From IMG/VR virus record IMGVR_UViG_3300033143_001582, positions 1-42,798 of that record: 42,798 nucleotides of DNA. One strand, given 5' to 3'. The notes beneath the pieces were generated by a model. The model was given only the letters and a program-made list of their open reading frames with translations, was not told the DNA's origin and did no database searches. Positions within the stretch are counted from its first letter, which is position 1; each line of letters starts with the position of its first letter. The DNA is from a virus. Taxonomy: Duplodnaviria; Caudoviricetes. The translations under genes were made by a program, and so were the position numbers. Positions 42,676 to 42,798 of this stretch are shown one piece after another.

Positions 42676-42798
42676 ATGAACATATTAGATTTAGACTTGG
42701 ACGGTGATTTTCAAGAATGCTTTACACGGTTTGGCTCGCATTTATCTGAATGTGATTGTGGTAAAGAACACTTTTGCATAGACGGTTACGGGTTTGAT
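42676..42798 (+). CDS. hypothetical protein, 3' truncated
   Basis: AAGGA RBS; frame is open to the window end. Confidence 0.5.
   Translation, partial: MNILDLDLDGDFQECFTRFGSHLSECDCGKEHFCIDGYGFD

Noticed and set aside
1-42798. Genome-wide TAG reassignment (code 15)
   Set aside because: ORFs tile the window densely under code 11. TAG ends genes right before promoters or intergenic DNA (22427, 25946, 35738), and readthrough there gives only short extensions and no fusions.

Overview
This 42.8 kb window comes from a large, AT-rich, T4-like (jumbo) dsDNA phage genome. It is densely coding and almost entirely on the + strand. IHF boxes, sigma70 promoters, spanins and a Tat signal suggest a Gram-negative, probably proteobacterial, host. 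Recognisable genes include a 7-deazaguanine pathway (TGT/DpdA-like, FolE, QueD, QueE, a QueD paralogue of DpdL type, and a phosphoribosyltransferase; no QueC in the window) mixed with sugar enzymes (GT-B glycosyltransferase, UDP-glucose dehydrogenase, DegT-type aminotransferase). Also present are dCMP deaminase, RNase H/5'-3' exonuclease, SprT protease, a radical SAM protein, MazG, NAD kinase and a minus-strand holin/spanin cassette. Translation-related genes are an amber-suppressor tRNA(CUA), two Pth2-like proteins, a bL12 C-terminal-domain protein and an ArfA-like ORF with an internal terminator. The most unusual signals are: (i) a ~580 nt promoter-driven array of about five structured non-coding elements, three closed by perfect 10-bp terminal stems (30362-30939); (ii) late-promoter genes with T4-like capsid-targeting N-termini, including a kinase + ART-like + nucleotidyltransferase trio; (iii) a gene with an in-frame TAG at codon 3 (31847-32170) in a genome encoding an amber suppressor; (iv) eight tandem divergent paralogues (16386-18473); (v) clustered IHF boxes before early promoters. 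All calls come from reading motifs by eye; no database searches or folding programs were run.
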